A stretch of 64,000 bases of DNA from Squalus acanthias (GCA_030390025.1 CM059432.1:79362001-79426000); one strand, 5' to 3'; counted from the first letter of the stretch, positions 1 through 12,770 are shown. Numbers and translations: made by a program. The notes: a model not told the origin generated them from the sequence alone.

Positions 1-478
1 TAACAAGCGCTAAATTGCCTCTATAATGCCATTTTGAAAGGCCTTTGTGATTTTAACCCTTTTTCTATGTGAAGCACGCCTGTTCTGAACCACGAATGTG
101 AAACCTGGCGGGAGCATGGCTGGCTGGCTGGCATGCATATCTGGGAGTGGTGGTGGATGGGAGACATATCTGGGAGTGGTGGTGCAAAAATATCTGGGAG
201 CAGACTTAGGGCTGCTGCTGCTCATTTTGCATCCAGGTCCTCTCACAGCAAAGGCCAGGCAGTCTCTGAAGACCTTCAATGCAGCAGCAATGATGACATC
301 ATCAGAGGCGACTTTCAGACTGAAAGCACTAATTGGGTCATGGGTTCCCACATGCTGGAACTCAATTGCCCAATTAGGTGAAAATCGCATCAATCTCCCA
401 CATCCAATTGCAGTCGGGTGGATAACACGAAAAATGGATCACACGACACCAGCCCGCCCCAGTATCAAAATCCAGCCC
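1..478. mobile_element. End of a probable PIF/Harbinger-type non-autonomous element
   Basis: Ends in CAAAATCCAGCCC (466-478), the same TIR type as other elements here. Internal GATGACATCATCAGA resembles the subterminal region of the Harbinger relic at 10395-10410. Confidence 0.4.
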
Positions 479-480
479 AT

Positions 481-825
481 AATTTATTGTAATTTCAAGT
501 CATTTTAAAAATATGATGTTTTTTTAAATTTATTTAAAGCTTTACTATGTTTTTGGGGTGAGTTCCATTCATATATTTGACAGGTCTTCCTGTCAAGTGT
601 ATGAAGGGAGATTTCCTTCTTTGATTGGCTCCCCATGGCCCACGTGATCCCAGGGACGCTGCGAACTACATGCGCCTCTGGGATACGTGGGCCCTGCACA
701 CTTGCAGTTTGGAGAGGCCCAGGAGCAGAAGCGTGTGCGTCCCGGGAGCCCTCAGGTAAGGGCGTAGATTTTTCCAGCTCACAGGCCTCCGCCCGCGGGA
801 GGCCTGCGATGGGAAAATACGGGCC
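481..825. mobile_element. MITE family M1, right half
   Basis: Aligns by eye with 4067-4345 and 22130-22477 (GATTGGCTCCCCATGGCCCACGTGATCCCAGGGACGCT). Ends in TIR GGAAAATACGGGCC, the inverse of the start of the copy at 3736. Confidence 0.75.
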
Positions 826-1272
826 ATTACTTTGTTTCTTGCTGTGCATGAAAATCTGGGCGCAATGTGGAGAGACCCCCCCTTTTACCGAACTAGCGCA
901 ATTGGAGGATAGTCCCATTTGAGAGTCGGGGGGGCGTAGCCAGTTTTGCCCGGACGGAGACTTTCATGGACTGATGTAAAAGATCGACGAGACTTGGGCA
1001 TTTCGTAGTTACCCGGGTAACTCATGGCAAAAATTTCACGATCTTTTAAGCCACGTAATTGGTTTGTGTCCAGATTATCTGCAGAGGAAATTCCAGGCCA
1101 TTGTATACACCGATAACATTTACTGTAATAATTCTAAAAAAGGAAGATAACCTAGGAGATGAGGAAGAATCTCTGATATATTTAAATACTGAAAGTGACA
1201 TTAGTAATGGTGGCAACTCTAGTACAGTTTTAATCAGATTCAGATAAAAAAAACCTCAAAAGGATCAAGATG

Positions 1273-2347
1273 CCCTCGACCGTGTCCGTTCTATCTCCCG
1301 CACTTCTGCCCTCACCCCTCCCCCTCCCTCCCGGAACCACGATAGGGTTCCCCTTGTCCTCACCTTTCACCCCACCAGCCTCCACATTCAACGGATCATC
1401 CTCCGCCATTTCCGCCACCTCCAGCGTGATCCCACCACCAAACACACCTTCCCCGCACCTCCCCTTTCAGCATTCCGCAGGGACCGCTCCCTCCGCGACA
1501 CCCTAGTCCACTCCTCTACCACCCCCAGCACCCCTTCCCCTTCGCCCGGCACCTTCCCGTGCACGCGCAGGAGATGCAACACATGCCCTTACACCTCCCC
1601 TCTTCCCACTGTCCAGGGCCCCAAACACCCCTTCCAGGTGAAACAGCGATTTACTTGTACTTCCTGCAATTTAGTATACTGTATTCGCTGCTCACGATGT
1701 GGTCTCCTCTACATTGGGGAGACCAAACGCAGATTGGGTGACCGCTTTGCGGAACACCTCCGTTCAGTCCGTAAGGGGGACCCCGAGCTCCCGGTGGCCT
1801 GTCACTTTAATTCACCGCTTCACTCCCACTCTGACCTCACCGTCCTCGGCCTATTACACTGTTCCACGGAAGCGCAGCGTAAGCTCGAGGAACAGCACCT
1901 CATCTTTCGTTTAGGCACGCTACAGCCCTCTGGACTCAATATCGAGTTCAACAATTTTAGATCATAACCTCAGCTCCAATCACATTTATATTTTATTTTT
2001 TCCACCCTTTTATTTGCCCCCCCCCCCACCTTTTTTTTCCTCCTAGAAGCTGGCAGCTGTCCTTCATTCTGCCAGTGGATTTCACACTTCTTTCAGCCTT
2101 AATCTGTCACATTAACACCACCTCTAGCCTTGCATATCTCTTAATGTCTCTTAATGTCTCTTCATCTCCCCCTTTGTTCTTTTATCCCCTCCCCCTTTTC
2201 CCAGCTTTACTCTGGCCTTAAATCTATTTGATTTCCGGCTCTTCACAGTTCTGACGAAAGGTCATCGACCTGAAACGTTAACTCTCTTTCTCTCTCCACG
2301 GATGCTGCCTGGCCTGCTGAGTTTTTCCAGCGTTTTCTGTTGTTATT
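1273..2347 (+). mobile_element. Penelope-like element (family P1), 5'-truncated, with GIY-YIG endonuclease and terminal repeat
   Basis: Reading frame to 1967 has the CxxxxCxxC linker and NLVYCIRCSRCGLLYIGET...GLN (PLE GIY-YIG). Flanked by TCAAGATG at 1265-1272 and 2348-2355. Confidence 0.9.
2247..2283 (+). ncRNA. Minimal type I hammerhead ribozyme in the PLE terminus
   Basis: AGTT-CTGACGA-A-AGGTC(ATC)GACCT-GAAAC-GTT-AACT: catalytic core CUGANGA/GAAA, 5-bp stem II, stem I AGTT/AACT, palindromic AACGTT in place of stem III. Confidence 0.75.
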
Positions 2348-3735
2348 TCAAGATGACCTCAGCTCTGGCTAGACTTTTGCAAACACTAGGTGGCAGTAAG
2401 AATGTTTATTATGCACTGATGATTAGAAAAATGAAATAACGCATGTAAGTCATTTCCAGGATAGATTTACTTTGTGTTTTGTTCATTAATTAGTGACCCA
2501 ATGACAAAAGTCAATAATTAAACCTTCTTGCCTGCATAAACTTATTTATAGGAAATTTGAATGATTATACATTTGGCAAATAAGCTAAGATAATCAGAGC
2601 TAAAGAGTAAGTCACTTTAGGAAAAAAAAGACAGTTGCAAAAAATTATAACTAATTTTAACATACTTCTTGTTTATTTTGTCTCTTAAAATATTTGTGAG
2701 CAATTAGTGTGAGGGATTTGGATTAATGTTTATAAGAGATGACATTTTTAAGGTAGAAATGCTTCAGCTTTATCTCTATTAATTTGTCTCCTTCACATTG
2801 ACAGGCTTAGTAACTGTTTTAAGCCAATTCTTTGATGATGTACTAAACAATCACTGTTTAATTAAAGGGTTACTGATGGTCAGGGAAAAGAATGGCCTAA
2901 GAAGGTACTTTTTATTCAAAATATTCTCCCTTTTTATAGAGGAAAATTATTATTTGAGGTTTACCGAAAATGTCAATTTTCCTGCCAGCATGGAGACATT
3001 CGAGTGGTATCCAATTCCCTGCCAGGCTGCTCTGGTGACAGTAGTCATGGTGTGAGTTCTTTGCCAAGAGAAAGGGTTGTACTTAGATTGAGGTTCAACC
3101 CCAGGAAGCTACACTACTACCTATGTTCTCGTTGAAACAAGTCAACCCTCTGTAGCATTCTCAGCAATATGATCCCAGTACTCTAGGGCACTGATGATCA
3201 TTGATTACCCAGCCACTAATAGAACCTTGAGGGATAGACCGGTCATTGGGGCTGGGATTCTTCCCACTTGGCTCCAGATAAACCTGCAAGTCAATGTCCT
3301 AATGGATCGGATGGTCGGGTCTGGATGAGTAGCAGGAAGCTTTGCTGTTAAGCTGTATGGCTTTAGCTGGTTAAACTCCAGCAATATCCCTGTGCTCAAT
3401 TGAGGGTCCCTCAGACTTTACTCTTCCAATTTCCACCTAAGCTCAGTGGACTCAGTTAAGTGGGACATGTCTCTACAGAGAGAGTGTGTTTCTCTTCTCT
3501 CTCTTAGAGGGAAGAGAGTGTGCACTCCATATTGGGCAAACAAGAACTCTACTTGTGTGGATTTCTCAGTAGTTTGCCTTACAAATGCTTAAACATTGTG
3601 ATGGGTTTCTGCACGTCAGACACTGGCTGATGAAAAAAGTCAAGCAATAATGAATACTTGCAATTTGACTACACTGAATTCAGCCACACTAGAAGTGTCT
3701 ATTGATGTCTTGAAATAATGATACAACAGTGTAAT

Positions 3736-4345
3736 GGCCCGTATTTTCCGATCCCTACTGGTGTGTATGGGCTGTGTACACACCCGTAGGGACATCGGAA
3801 ATGTCGGTTTCAGGCATTCGAAGTGCATGCGCTGAAAACCAGCATTTCCGATCTGTCGAGAAGGGCCTCCGCGGGCAGAGAGTTCCGCTTTCTGGAGAAC
3901 CCTTAGAAATCTTACGCATAAGAGTTGAAATAAAGTTTAAAAAAAATGTTTTTCACTCATTTATCATTTAAAAATACTTTTAAAAAAGGTAAGTTTATTT
4001 TTAGCCCCGTAAAAAACTTTAATTATTTTTTTCAAAAAATTAAACTTTTGTTTAAAATATTAAATTTATTGTAATTTGAATTCATTTAAAAAAGGTGATT
4101 TAAAAAAAATTTATTTAATGTTTTACTGTGTTTTTGGGGTGATCTCCATTCATATATTTGACTGGTCTATCTGTCAAGTGTGTGAAGGAAGATTCCCTTC
4201 TCTTTATTGGCTCCCCATGGCCCACGTGATCCCAGGAATGCTTGCGAACCGCATGCACCTCTGGGATACGTGGACCCTGCGCATTTCGAGTTTGGAGAGG
4301 CCCAGGAATGGAAGTATACGCATCTCGGGAGCCCTCAGGTAAGTT
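3736..4345. mobile_element. MITE family M1, left TIR present, right end lost
   Basis: Starts GGCCCGTATTTTCC; colinear with the copies at 21679-22477 and 481-825. Confidence 0.75.
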
Positions 4346-4899
4346 TGTAGATTACATAAACTGTGGTTCAATGTTGTATAGCAGAGCATCCAGTGCCTCT
4401 TGTGGGCCCTGAATTGTTGTTCCTGATAGGTGTCTGAGACGATCTATGAATTATTTATTGTCGTGTCTATTTTCAACACCAGATTTCTGATTGGTCCCCT
4501 TGGAGGACAAGGCACACCCAGCAGTTTATCTGGAATGTGTAATTAGATCCTGCCTGCCTAAGTAATCTAGTACTTTGCAATGTGTAATTCGAGCCATTCA
4601 TTCTGACTGCTACAGGCTCCAGACATAGCTCACAGAGAGCGGACAGGGCTCACCCTCCTGGGTTAGGACCTTCTCCCCCTCCCAAACAAGTTACTGCCCC
4701 CGCCCCCCCCGCAATTCATGACCTTCGCCCCCTGCCCAAGTTCCTCCCCCCGTCCCTGGGTTCCTGACCTTCTCTCCCTGCCCAAGTTCCTGACCTCCTC
4801 CACCCACTCCCGAGTGCCTGACCTTTTCCCCCTGCCCAAGTACCTGACTCTCGCCCCCCCACCCCACACCCCTGAGTTCCTGACCTCTCCCCCTCCTCT

Positions 4900-7800
4900 G
4901 AGCACCTCTCTCTCCGATCTCCTCTCTCTGCCCCTCTCCGCTCTTATCTCTCCCCCTCTGATCTTTGATCTCCTCTCTCCCTCCGATCTCCTCTCCCTCT
5001 CATGTACTCTCTCTCCACCCAATCTCCTCTCTCTCCCACTCTGATCTCCTCTCACCCCCCCAATCTCCTCTCTCTCCCTCCCTCCGACCTCCTCTTTTTC
5101 CCCGCTCCGATCTCCTCTCTCTCCCTCCGATCTCTCCCCACTCCGAGCTCCCCTCTCTCTCCCCCCTCCGAGCTCCCCTCTCTCTCCCCCCTCCGAGCTC
5201 CCCTCTCTCTCCCCCCTCCGAGCTCCCCTCTCTCTCCCCCCTCCGAGCTCCCCTCTCTCTCCCCCCTCTGAGCTCCCCTCTCTCTCCCCCCTCTCTCTCC
5301 CCCCTCCGAGCTCCCCTCTCTCTCCCCCCTCCGAGCTCCCCTCTCTCTCCCCCCTCCGAGCTCCCCTCTCTCTCCCCCCTCCGAGCTCCCCTCTCTCTCC
5401 CCCCTCCGAGCTCCCCTCTCTCTCCCCCCTCCGAGCTCCCCTCTCTCTCCCCCCTCCCTCTCCCTCCTCCGAGCTCCCCTCCCTCTCCCCCCTCCGAGCT
5501 CCCCTCCCTCTCCCCCCTCCGAGCTCCCCTCCCTCTCCCCCCTCCGAGCTCCCCTCCCTCTCCCCCCTCCGAGCTCCCCTCCCTCTCCCCCCTCCGAGCT
5601 CCCCTCTCTCTCCCCCCTCCGAGCTCCCCTCTCTCTCCCCCCTCCGAGCTCCCCTCTCTCTCCCCCCTCCGAGCTCCCCTCTCTCTCCCCCCTCCGAGCT
5701 CCCCTCTCTCTCCCCCCTCCGAGCTCCCCTCTCTCTCCCCCCTCCGAGCTCCCCTCTCTCTCCCCCCTCCGAGCTCCCCTCTCTCTCCCCCCTCCGAGCT
5801 CCCCTCTCTCTCCCCCCTCCGAGCTCCCCCCTCTCTCCCCCCCTCCGAGCTCCCCTCTCTCTCCCCCCTCCGAGCTCCCCTCTCTCTCCCCCCTCCGAGC
5901 TCCCCTCTCTCTCCCCCCCTCCGAGCTCCCCTCTCTCTCCCCCCTCCGAGCTCCCCCTCTCTCTCCCCCCTCCCGAGCTCCCCTCTCTCTCTCCCCCCGA
6001 TCTCCTCTCTCTCTCCCCCCATCTCCTCTCTCTCTCCCCCATCTCCTCCCTCTCTCCCCCCCGATCTCCTCTCTCTCCCCCCCCACCGATCTCCTCTCTC
6101 TCTCCCCATCTCCTCTCTCTCTCCCCCCATCTCCTCTCTCTCTCCCCCATCTCCTCTCTCTCTCCCCCCATCTCCTCTCTCTCTCCCCCCATCTCCTCTC
6201 TCTCTCCCCCCATCTCCTCTCTCTCCCCCATCTCCTCTCTCTCTCCCCCATCTCCTCTCTCTCTCCCCCCCGATCTCCTCTCTCTCCCCCCCCCACCGAT
6301 CTCCTCTCTCTCTCCCCATCTCCTCTCTCTCTCCCCCCATCTCCTCTCTCTCTCCCCCATCTCCTCTCTCTCTCCCCCATCTCCTCTCTCTCTCCCCCCC
6401 ATCTCCTCTCTCTCCCCCCCATCTCCTCTCTCTCTCCCCCCCATCTCCTCTCTCTCTCCCCCCATCTCCTCTCTCTCCCCCCATCTCCTCTCTCTCTCCC
6501 CCCATCTCCTCTCTCTCCCCCCATCTCCTCTCTCTCTCCCCCCATCTCCTCTCTCTCCCCCCATCTCCTCTCTCTCTCCCCCCATCTCCTCTCTCTCTCC
6601 CCCCATCTCCTCTCTCTCTCTCCCCCCATCTCCTCTCTCTCTCCGCCCCCATCTCCTCTCTCTCTCCGCCCCCATCTCCTCTCTCTCTCCGCCCCCATCT
6701 CCTCTCTCTCTCGCCCCCATCTCCTCTCTCTCTCCCCCCCATCTCCTCTCTCTCCCCCCATCTCCTCTCTCTCTCCCCCCCATCTCCTCTCTCTCTCCCC
6801 CCCATCTCCTCTCTCTCTCCCCCCCATCTCCTCTCTCTCTCCCCCCCATCTCCTCTCTCTCTCCCCCATCTCCTCTCTCTCTCCCCCCCATCTCCTCTCT
6901 CTCCCCCCCATCTCCTCTCTCTCTCCCCCCCATCTCCTCTCTCTCTCCCCCCATCTCCTCTCTCTCCCCCCATCTCCTCTCTCTCTCCCCCCATCTCCTC
7001 TCTCTCCCCCCATCTCCTCTCTCTCCCCCCATCTCCTCTCTCTCTCCCCCCATCTCCTCTCTCTCTCCCCCCATCTCCTCTCTCTCCCCCCATCTCCTCT
7101 CTCTCCCCCCACTATCTCCTCTCTCTCTCTCCCCCCATCTCCTCTCTCTCTCCGCCCCCATCTCCTCTCTCTCTCCGCCCCCATCTCCTCTCTCTCTCCG
7201 CCCCCATCTCCTCTCTCTCCCCCCATCTCCTCTCTCTCCCCCCCCGATCTCCTCTCTCTCTCTCCCCCCCGATCTCCTCTCTCTCTCTCCCCCCCGATCT
7301 CCTCTCTCTCTCTCCCCCCCCGATCTCCCCTCTCTCTCTCCCCCCCCGATCTCCTCTCTCTCTCCCCCCCCCGATCTCCTCTCTCTCTCCCCCCCCGATC
7401 TCCTCTCTCTCTCCCCCCCGATCTCCTCTCTCTCTCCCCCCCATCTCTTCTCTCTCTCTCCTCCCCGATCTCTTCTCTCTCTCTCCTCCCCCCGATCTCT
7501 TCTCTCTCTCTCCTCCCCCCGATCTCTTCTCTCTCTCCTCCCCCCGATCTCTTCTCTCTCTCTCCTCCCCCCGATCTCTTCTCTCTCTCTCCTCCCCCCG
7601 ATCTCTTCTCTCTCTCTCCTCCCCCCGATCTCTTCTCTCTCTCCCCTCCCCCCGATCTCCTCTCTCTCTCCCCCCCGAAATGCTCTCTCCTCCCCCCGAT
7701 CTGCTCTCTCCTCCCCCCGATCTCTTCTCTCTCTCTCCTCCCCCCGATCTCTTCTCTCTCTCCCCCCCCACCGATCTCCTCTCTCTCTCTCCTCCCCCCG

Positions 7801-7905
7801 ATCTCCTCTCTCTCTTCCCTCCCCCCGATCTCCTCTCTCTCCCCCCCACCCCCCCGATCTCCTCTGATCTCCTTTCTCGCCCCTTTCGATCCTCTCTCTT
7901 CCTCC
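4900..7905. repeat. About 3-kb polypyrimidine/polypurine (CT-rich) compound minisatellite
   Basis: Successive unit types: 25-bp CCGAGCTCCCCTCTCTCTCCCCCCT (about 5140-5990), about 20-23-bp CATCTCCTCTCTCTCTCCCCC (about 6000-7240), CGATCTC(C/T)TCTCTCTCTCCCCC (about 7240-7860). Confidence 0.95.
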
Positions 7906-8234
7906 CCCCGCCACCAACGGATCCCCTGGCATTCTCCGCACAGAGCCGAGGAAAGCGTGGCCCAAGTTGCAGGCTGCAACTGCGGCACCATTGGGTACTG
8001 CACATGTGCGGCTCTGGTATACCGCGTGCATTCGCAGAAGGCCGCAAAGCTGTTCGTGCAAATAATCACAGCGATGACTTATTGTCCTTGGTTGTTGTGG
8101 ATAATATCTTAAAAGCCTGGCTCATTAACATACAATGCCCCTTTTCTCAATGGCTGCAGCATATGGCTGTAAAAAGGATTTTAAATCTGTGTGAACTCAC
8201 TTTCATTTAAAACACACACTTAAATGTAACTCAT

Positions 8235-8570
8235 TCCCAAGTCTTTGAATCCCTACTAAAGGAAAAATAGAAGAACATCTAGAAACCAAAAATATAAAAA
8301 TGAATAGTCAGCATGGATTTCAAAAAGGGAAAGTCTTGGCTTCACCAACCCCATTGAATTCTTTGAAGAGGTAACAGAAAGAGTAGACAAGGGTAATGCA
8401 GTAGATGTAATTTATCTAGATTTCCAAAAGGCCTTCAATAAGGTACCACATAATAGACTAATAAATAAGGTCAGAGAATGTGGAGTCAGGGGACAAGTAG
8501 CAGAATGGATAGTTAGCTGGCTTCAAGACAGAAAGCAGAGAGTAGGGGTAAAGAGTAGCTATTCAGAGTG
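8235..8570 (+). mobile_element. CR1 LINE RT fragment
   Basis: Degenerate SQHGF...IEFFEEVT...DVIYLDFQKAFNKVPH...WLQDRKQRV. Confidence 0.85.
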
Positions 8571-8746
8571 GGGGCGGGGGCACTTGATGGACCCGTACGA
8601 GAGTAAAGAGATGAATTAGAAGTCTTATGATAAGAATGTGTAATGTTACCATTATGTACATGATGACATTTCACTGGTTACTGACATCAAGTCACCATGA
8701 GTGACTGTTGTACGCCATGTGGCTGTATGATATTTAATTCTGTCAC

Positions 8747-10567
8747 CAGGTTGCTGGGAGGTCCCCCTCTCTCCATCTCCCACTGCCAGCAGCTCTGCAA
8801 CTCGACTTATTTGTAGCGCTGCCTCCTCTGCTGGAGTCTATGGGCCATAAATTCGGCTCTCCGGCTTCCTGTGGGTGCAAGCATCGCGCGCGTACTTGCC
8901 TACCGCGCCTGCCGCTGTGCTTTGGGCCCACGAAGACTTTGGCTCCTGGGCCTCCTCCAGCTGCCGGCGTGCAGTGCTTGCGTATCCCAGGGGCGCAGTT
9001 AGTTGGAAGCGTCCCCTGGGATCACGTGGGCCATGGAGAGCCAATCCTAATAGGGCATTTTCATTCATAGATTTGACAGGAAGACCTGTCAAATCTATGA
9101 ATAGAGATCGGCCCCAAAACCACACTTAAACTTCAAATAATTTTTTTTTAAAACATCACATTTTTAAAATAACTAAGTTACATAAATTAACTACTTTAAA
9201 CAAAAATTTAAATTTTTGAAAAAATTAATTATACATTTTAATGGTGCTAAAAATAAACTTACCTTTCTTTAAAGTATCTAAAAAAGATAAATCTGTTGAA
9301 AAAATGTTTAAATTGTAATTAATTAACCACTTACCTTGTTAAAAACAGGCCTTGCGCCTCCTTTTTAAAAGTGCAGCTTCTCCATACTTACCCTCCCGGA
9401 GAAACCTGAAAAAAACCCCGAAGTTCGCTGCGTGCGCGCAGCCTCTACCGCACACGCGTTCGACTTCTGAACCCCTTCCTTCAGGGGAACGGAAGTTCCG
9501 GTTTCCCGCGCATTCACAGCGCATGCAGGAAACCGGCACTTCAGGTGGCCTTACGGGTGAGTACACAGCGCGTACTCACCCGACAAGAGCCGAATTTCTG
9601 CCCATTGTGTTGTAAACTGGAGGGCCACCTCCGGTTCTTCGCCTCTCCCAGATGTTCTGCACTCTCTTCTGCAAGGAGGGAAAGAAGAGAACTCTAAGTG
9701 AGAGTGGTGGAATGAGTGTAAGGGATGGATGAGCTACATCTTTAGAGGGTGACTATGAAGGAGTAGCATGACATTGCCAAATGGCCTCCTTCTGTGGCGT
9801 TACTTCTTATGATTGCATTAGGATTAAGGTGAGTGTCAGTGGTGGCTAGTCAGATGGTGATGTGAGTAGGTGCATAGAGCGTGAGGGGCGGGTGCACCTT
9901 ACAAGGTAGGTTGATGTGAGGATTGACGTGCAGGAGTAGGCTTGGGGAGGCAGAGTGATGGGGTTGGGGTGGCAGGCACATCAGGATGTAGTTGAATGTG
10001 GCATTGCACTCACCTTTCCTGACCTCATGAGAGCATTAAATATTTTGCGGCACTGTATCCAGGAGTGGCTGACTACACCCCTGCTGCTGACCACCTGGGC
10101 GATCTCCAACCATGCCCTCTTGGTCTCAGTGGATGGTCTCTTTCACCTATTACCAGGGAATAGGATGTCCCTGCGTGCCTGAACTCCCTGGAACAGGACT
10201 TCCAGGGAGGAGTTGGAGAATCTGGGCGCTGCCTTCTGCCGTTGAGAGTCCATGCTTCCCTCAAGCCTCAGAGCGAATGTCTTCAATGTCTCACCAACAG
10301 CACCTCTCCCAAAGGCCTGTGAGGCTCCTCCAACAGCCTTCAAATGTGATGTGTAGAAGGCCCCTTTAAATATCTGAGCTCAGGCGAGGCATCGATGATG
10401 TCATCAGACCAGCTCCATTTAATTGGCCGGGGAACCTGCATGCCTAACTCTATTGATCTAATTCAGTTAAAGACAAAAGTGGACAGCGCACTGCCGAGAG
10501 CATCATGAGGCCAACCCGCTATGCGGCCCCCCTGCCCCCGACTCGCCTCACAGGTAAAAGTCCTGCC
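8747..10567 (-). mobile_element. PIF/Harbinger relic with a two-exon Myb/SANT-like pseudogene, interrupted by MITE M1
   Basis: Exon 1 (10253-10014): MDSQRQKAAPRFSNSSLEVLFQGVQARRDILFPGNR*...AWLEIAQVVSSRGVVSHSWIQCRKIFNALMRSGK|GTGAGT. Exon 2 from 9668: KRVQNIWERRRTGGGPP...TPAEEAALQI, to donor at 8746. TIR-like end GGTAAAAGTCCTGCC. Confidence 0.75.
8842..9603. mobile_element. MITE family M1, full length, inverted relative to the 21679 copy
   Basis: TIRs GGGCCATAAATTCGGCTCT / AGAGCCGAATTTCTGCCC; internal perfect 18-bp hairpin at 9063-9102. Confidence 0.85.
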
Positions 10568-10587
10568 AGAGAGAGTGTTTCCACTTC

Positions 10588-12316
10588 ATAGAATCTTAGA
10601 ATCATAGAAATTTACGACACAGAAGGAGGTCATTCGGCCCATCATGTCTGTGCTGTCCTAATCCCACTTTCCAGCTCTTGGTTTGTAGCCTTGTAGGTTT
10701 TGGCACTTCAAGTGCATATCCAAGTACTTTTAAATGCGAGTAGGGTTTCTGTAGAGTTCCAGACCCCACCACCCTCTGGGTGAAGTTTCTCCTCAACTCC
10801 CCTCTAATCCTTCCACCAATTACTTTAAATCTATGCCCCCCTGGTTATTGACCTCTCTGCTAAGGGAAATAGGTCCTTCCTATCCATTCTACTTAGGTGC
10901 CTCATCATTTTATACACCTCAATCAAGTCTCCCCTCAGCCTCCTCTGTTCCAAAGAAAACAACCCCAGCCTATCCAATCTTTCCTCATAGCTAAAATTCT
11001 CCAGTTTTGGCAACATCCTCGTCAATCTCCTCTGTACCCTCTCTAGTGCAATCACATCCTTCCTGTCATGTGGTGACCAGAACTGTACGCAATATCCTAG
11101 CTGTGGCCTAACTAGTGTTTTATACAGTTCAAGCATAACCTCTCTGCTCTTATGTTCTATGCCCCAGCTAATAAAGGAAAGTATCCCGTATGCCTTCTTA
11201 ACCACCTTATCTACCTGTCTTGCTACCTTCAGGGATCTGTGGACATGCACTCCAAAGTCCCTCTGTTCCTCTGCACTTCTCAGTATCCTACCATTTATTG
11301 TGTATTCCCTTGCCTTGTTAGCCCTCCCCAAATGCATTACACCTCACACTTCTCCGGATTGAATTCCATTTGCCACTTTTCTGCCCACCTGACCAGTCCA
11401 TCGATATCTTCCTGCAGTCTACAGCTTTTGTCCTCACTGTCAACCTCACGGCCAATTTTTGCATCATCTGAAAACTTCTTAATCCTGCCCCCTACATTGA
11501 AGTCTAAATCATTGATGTGTACCACAAAGAGCAAGGGACCCAGTACTGAGCCCTGTGGAACCCCACTGGAAACAGCCTTCCAGTCACAAAAACACCCGTC
11601 GACCATTACCCTTTGCTTCCCGCCACTGAGCCAATTTTTGATCCAACTTGCCACTTTCCCTTGGATCCCATGGGCTTTTACTTTTCTGACCAGTCTGTTA
11701 TGTGAGACCTTGTCAAAAGCCTTGCTAAAATCGATAGACTACATCAAACGTGCTACCCTCATCGACCCTTCTTGTTACCTCCTCAAAAAATTCAATCAAG
11801 TTAGTCAGACACGACCTTCCCATAACAAATCCATGCTGATTGTCCTTGATTAATCCGTGCCTTTCTAAATGACGATTAATACTGCCCCTCAGAATTTTTT
11901 CCAATAATTTGCCCACCGCTGAGGTTAGGCTGACTGGTCTGTAATTACTCGGTCTATCCCTTTCTTCCTTTTTAAACAACGGTACAATGTTAGCAGTCCT
12001 CCGGCACCACACCTGTAGCCAGAGAAGATTGGAAAATGATGGTCAGAGCCTCTGCTATTTCCTCCCTTGCTTCTCTTAACAGCTTGGGATACATTTCATC
12101 CGGACCTGGCGATTTATATACTTTCAAAGATGCTAAACCCCTTAATATATCCTCTCTCACTATGTCTATTTCACACTCTTCTTCCTTAACTACAATGTCT
12201 GCATCATCTCTCTCTATTTTTGAAGAAAGATGCAAAGTATTCATTAAGAACCATACCCACATCTTCCACCTGCACACACGTTACAATAGGCCCTACTCTT
12301 TCTTTAGTTATCCTTG
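10588..12316 (-). mobile_element. CR1 LINE, 5'-truncated and frameshifted ORF2
   Basis: RT motifs in ORFs 10831-12277 (KSPGPDEMYP, NYRPVSLTS, GVPQGSVLGP, KFSDD, YCVQFWSP); (TTCTATGA)-type 3' tail near 10588. Confidence 0.92.
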
Positions 12317-12628
12317 TGGGGAAGAGCAAAACTAGGGCCATCAATATAAGATAGTCACCAAGAAATCAAATAGGGAATTCAGAAGAAACTTCTTTACCCA
12401 GAGAGTGGTGAGAATGTGGAACTCGCTACCACAGGGAGTGGTTGAAGCGAATAGTATAGATGCATTTAAGGGGAGGCTAGATAATCATATGAGGGAGAAG
12501 GGAATAGAGGGTTATGCTGATAGAGTTAGATGAGGAAATACGGGAGGAGGCTCGAGTATAAATGTCAGCATGGACTGGTTGGGCCGAATGGCCTGTTTCT
12601 GCGCTGTATATCCTACGTAATTCTATGT
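12317..12628 (+). mobile_element. CR1 LINE 3' end
   Basis: TRGHQYKIV...[17 protein letters not shown]; 3' UTR ending ATTCTATG. Confidence 0.85.
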
Positions 12629-12639
12629 TTTCAGTGGAA

Positions 12640-12770
12640 AATTGCTGTTTGTGGGATGTTGTTGACCCCAAATGGCTGCTATTGTGTCTGCACAACAGTC
12701 ACTGCACTTCAGAATGTAGTTGTATGGATAAAGTGTTTTGAGACATTTTGGTTTGAAAAGTGCTATACAG
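12640..12770 (+). mobile_element. Degenerate DeuSINE-like 3' fragment
   Basis: GCTGTTTGTGGGA...ACAACAGTCACTGCACTTCA...AAAGTGCTATA matches the 3' part of the SINE at 20915-21362. Confidence 0.55.

Noticed and set aside
4663..8210. Overlapping 700-1130 aa ORFs on both strands
   Set aside because: They arise because the CT/GA array lacks stop codons; the products are low-complexity G/E/R or P/S/L repeats.
11152..11853. 233-aa plus-strand ORF and similar ORFs antisense to CR1 ORF2
   Set aside because: Shadow frames of CR1 RT that recur in every copy; no independent domain.
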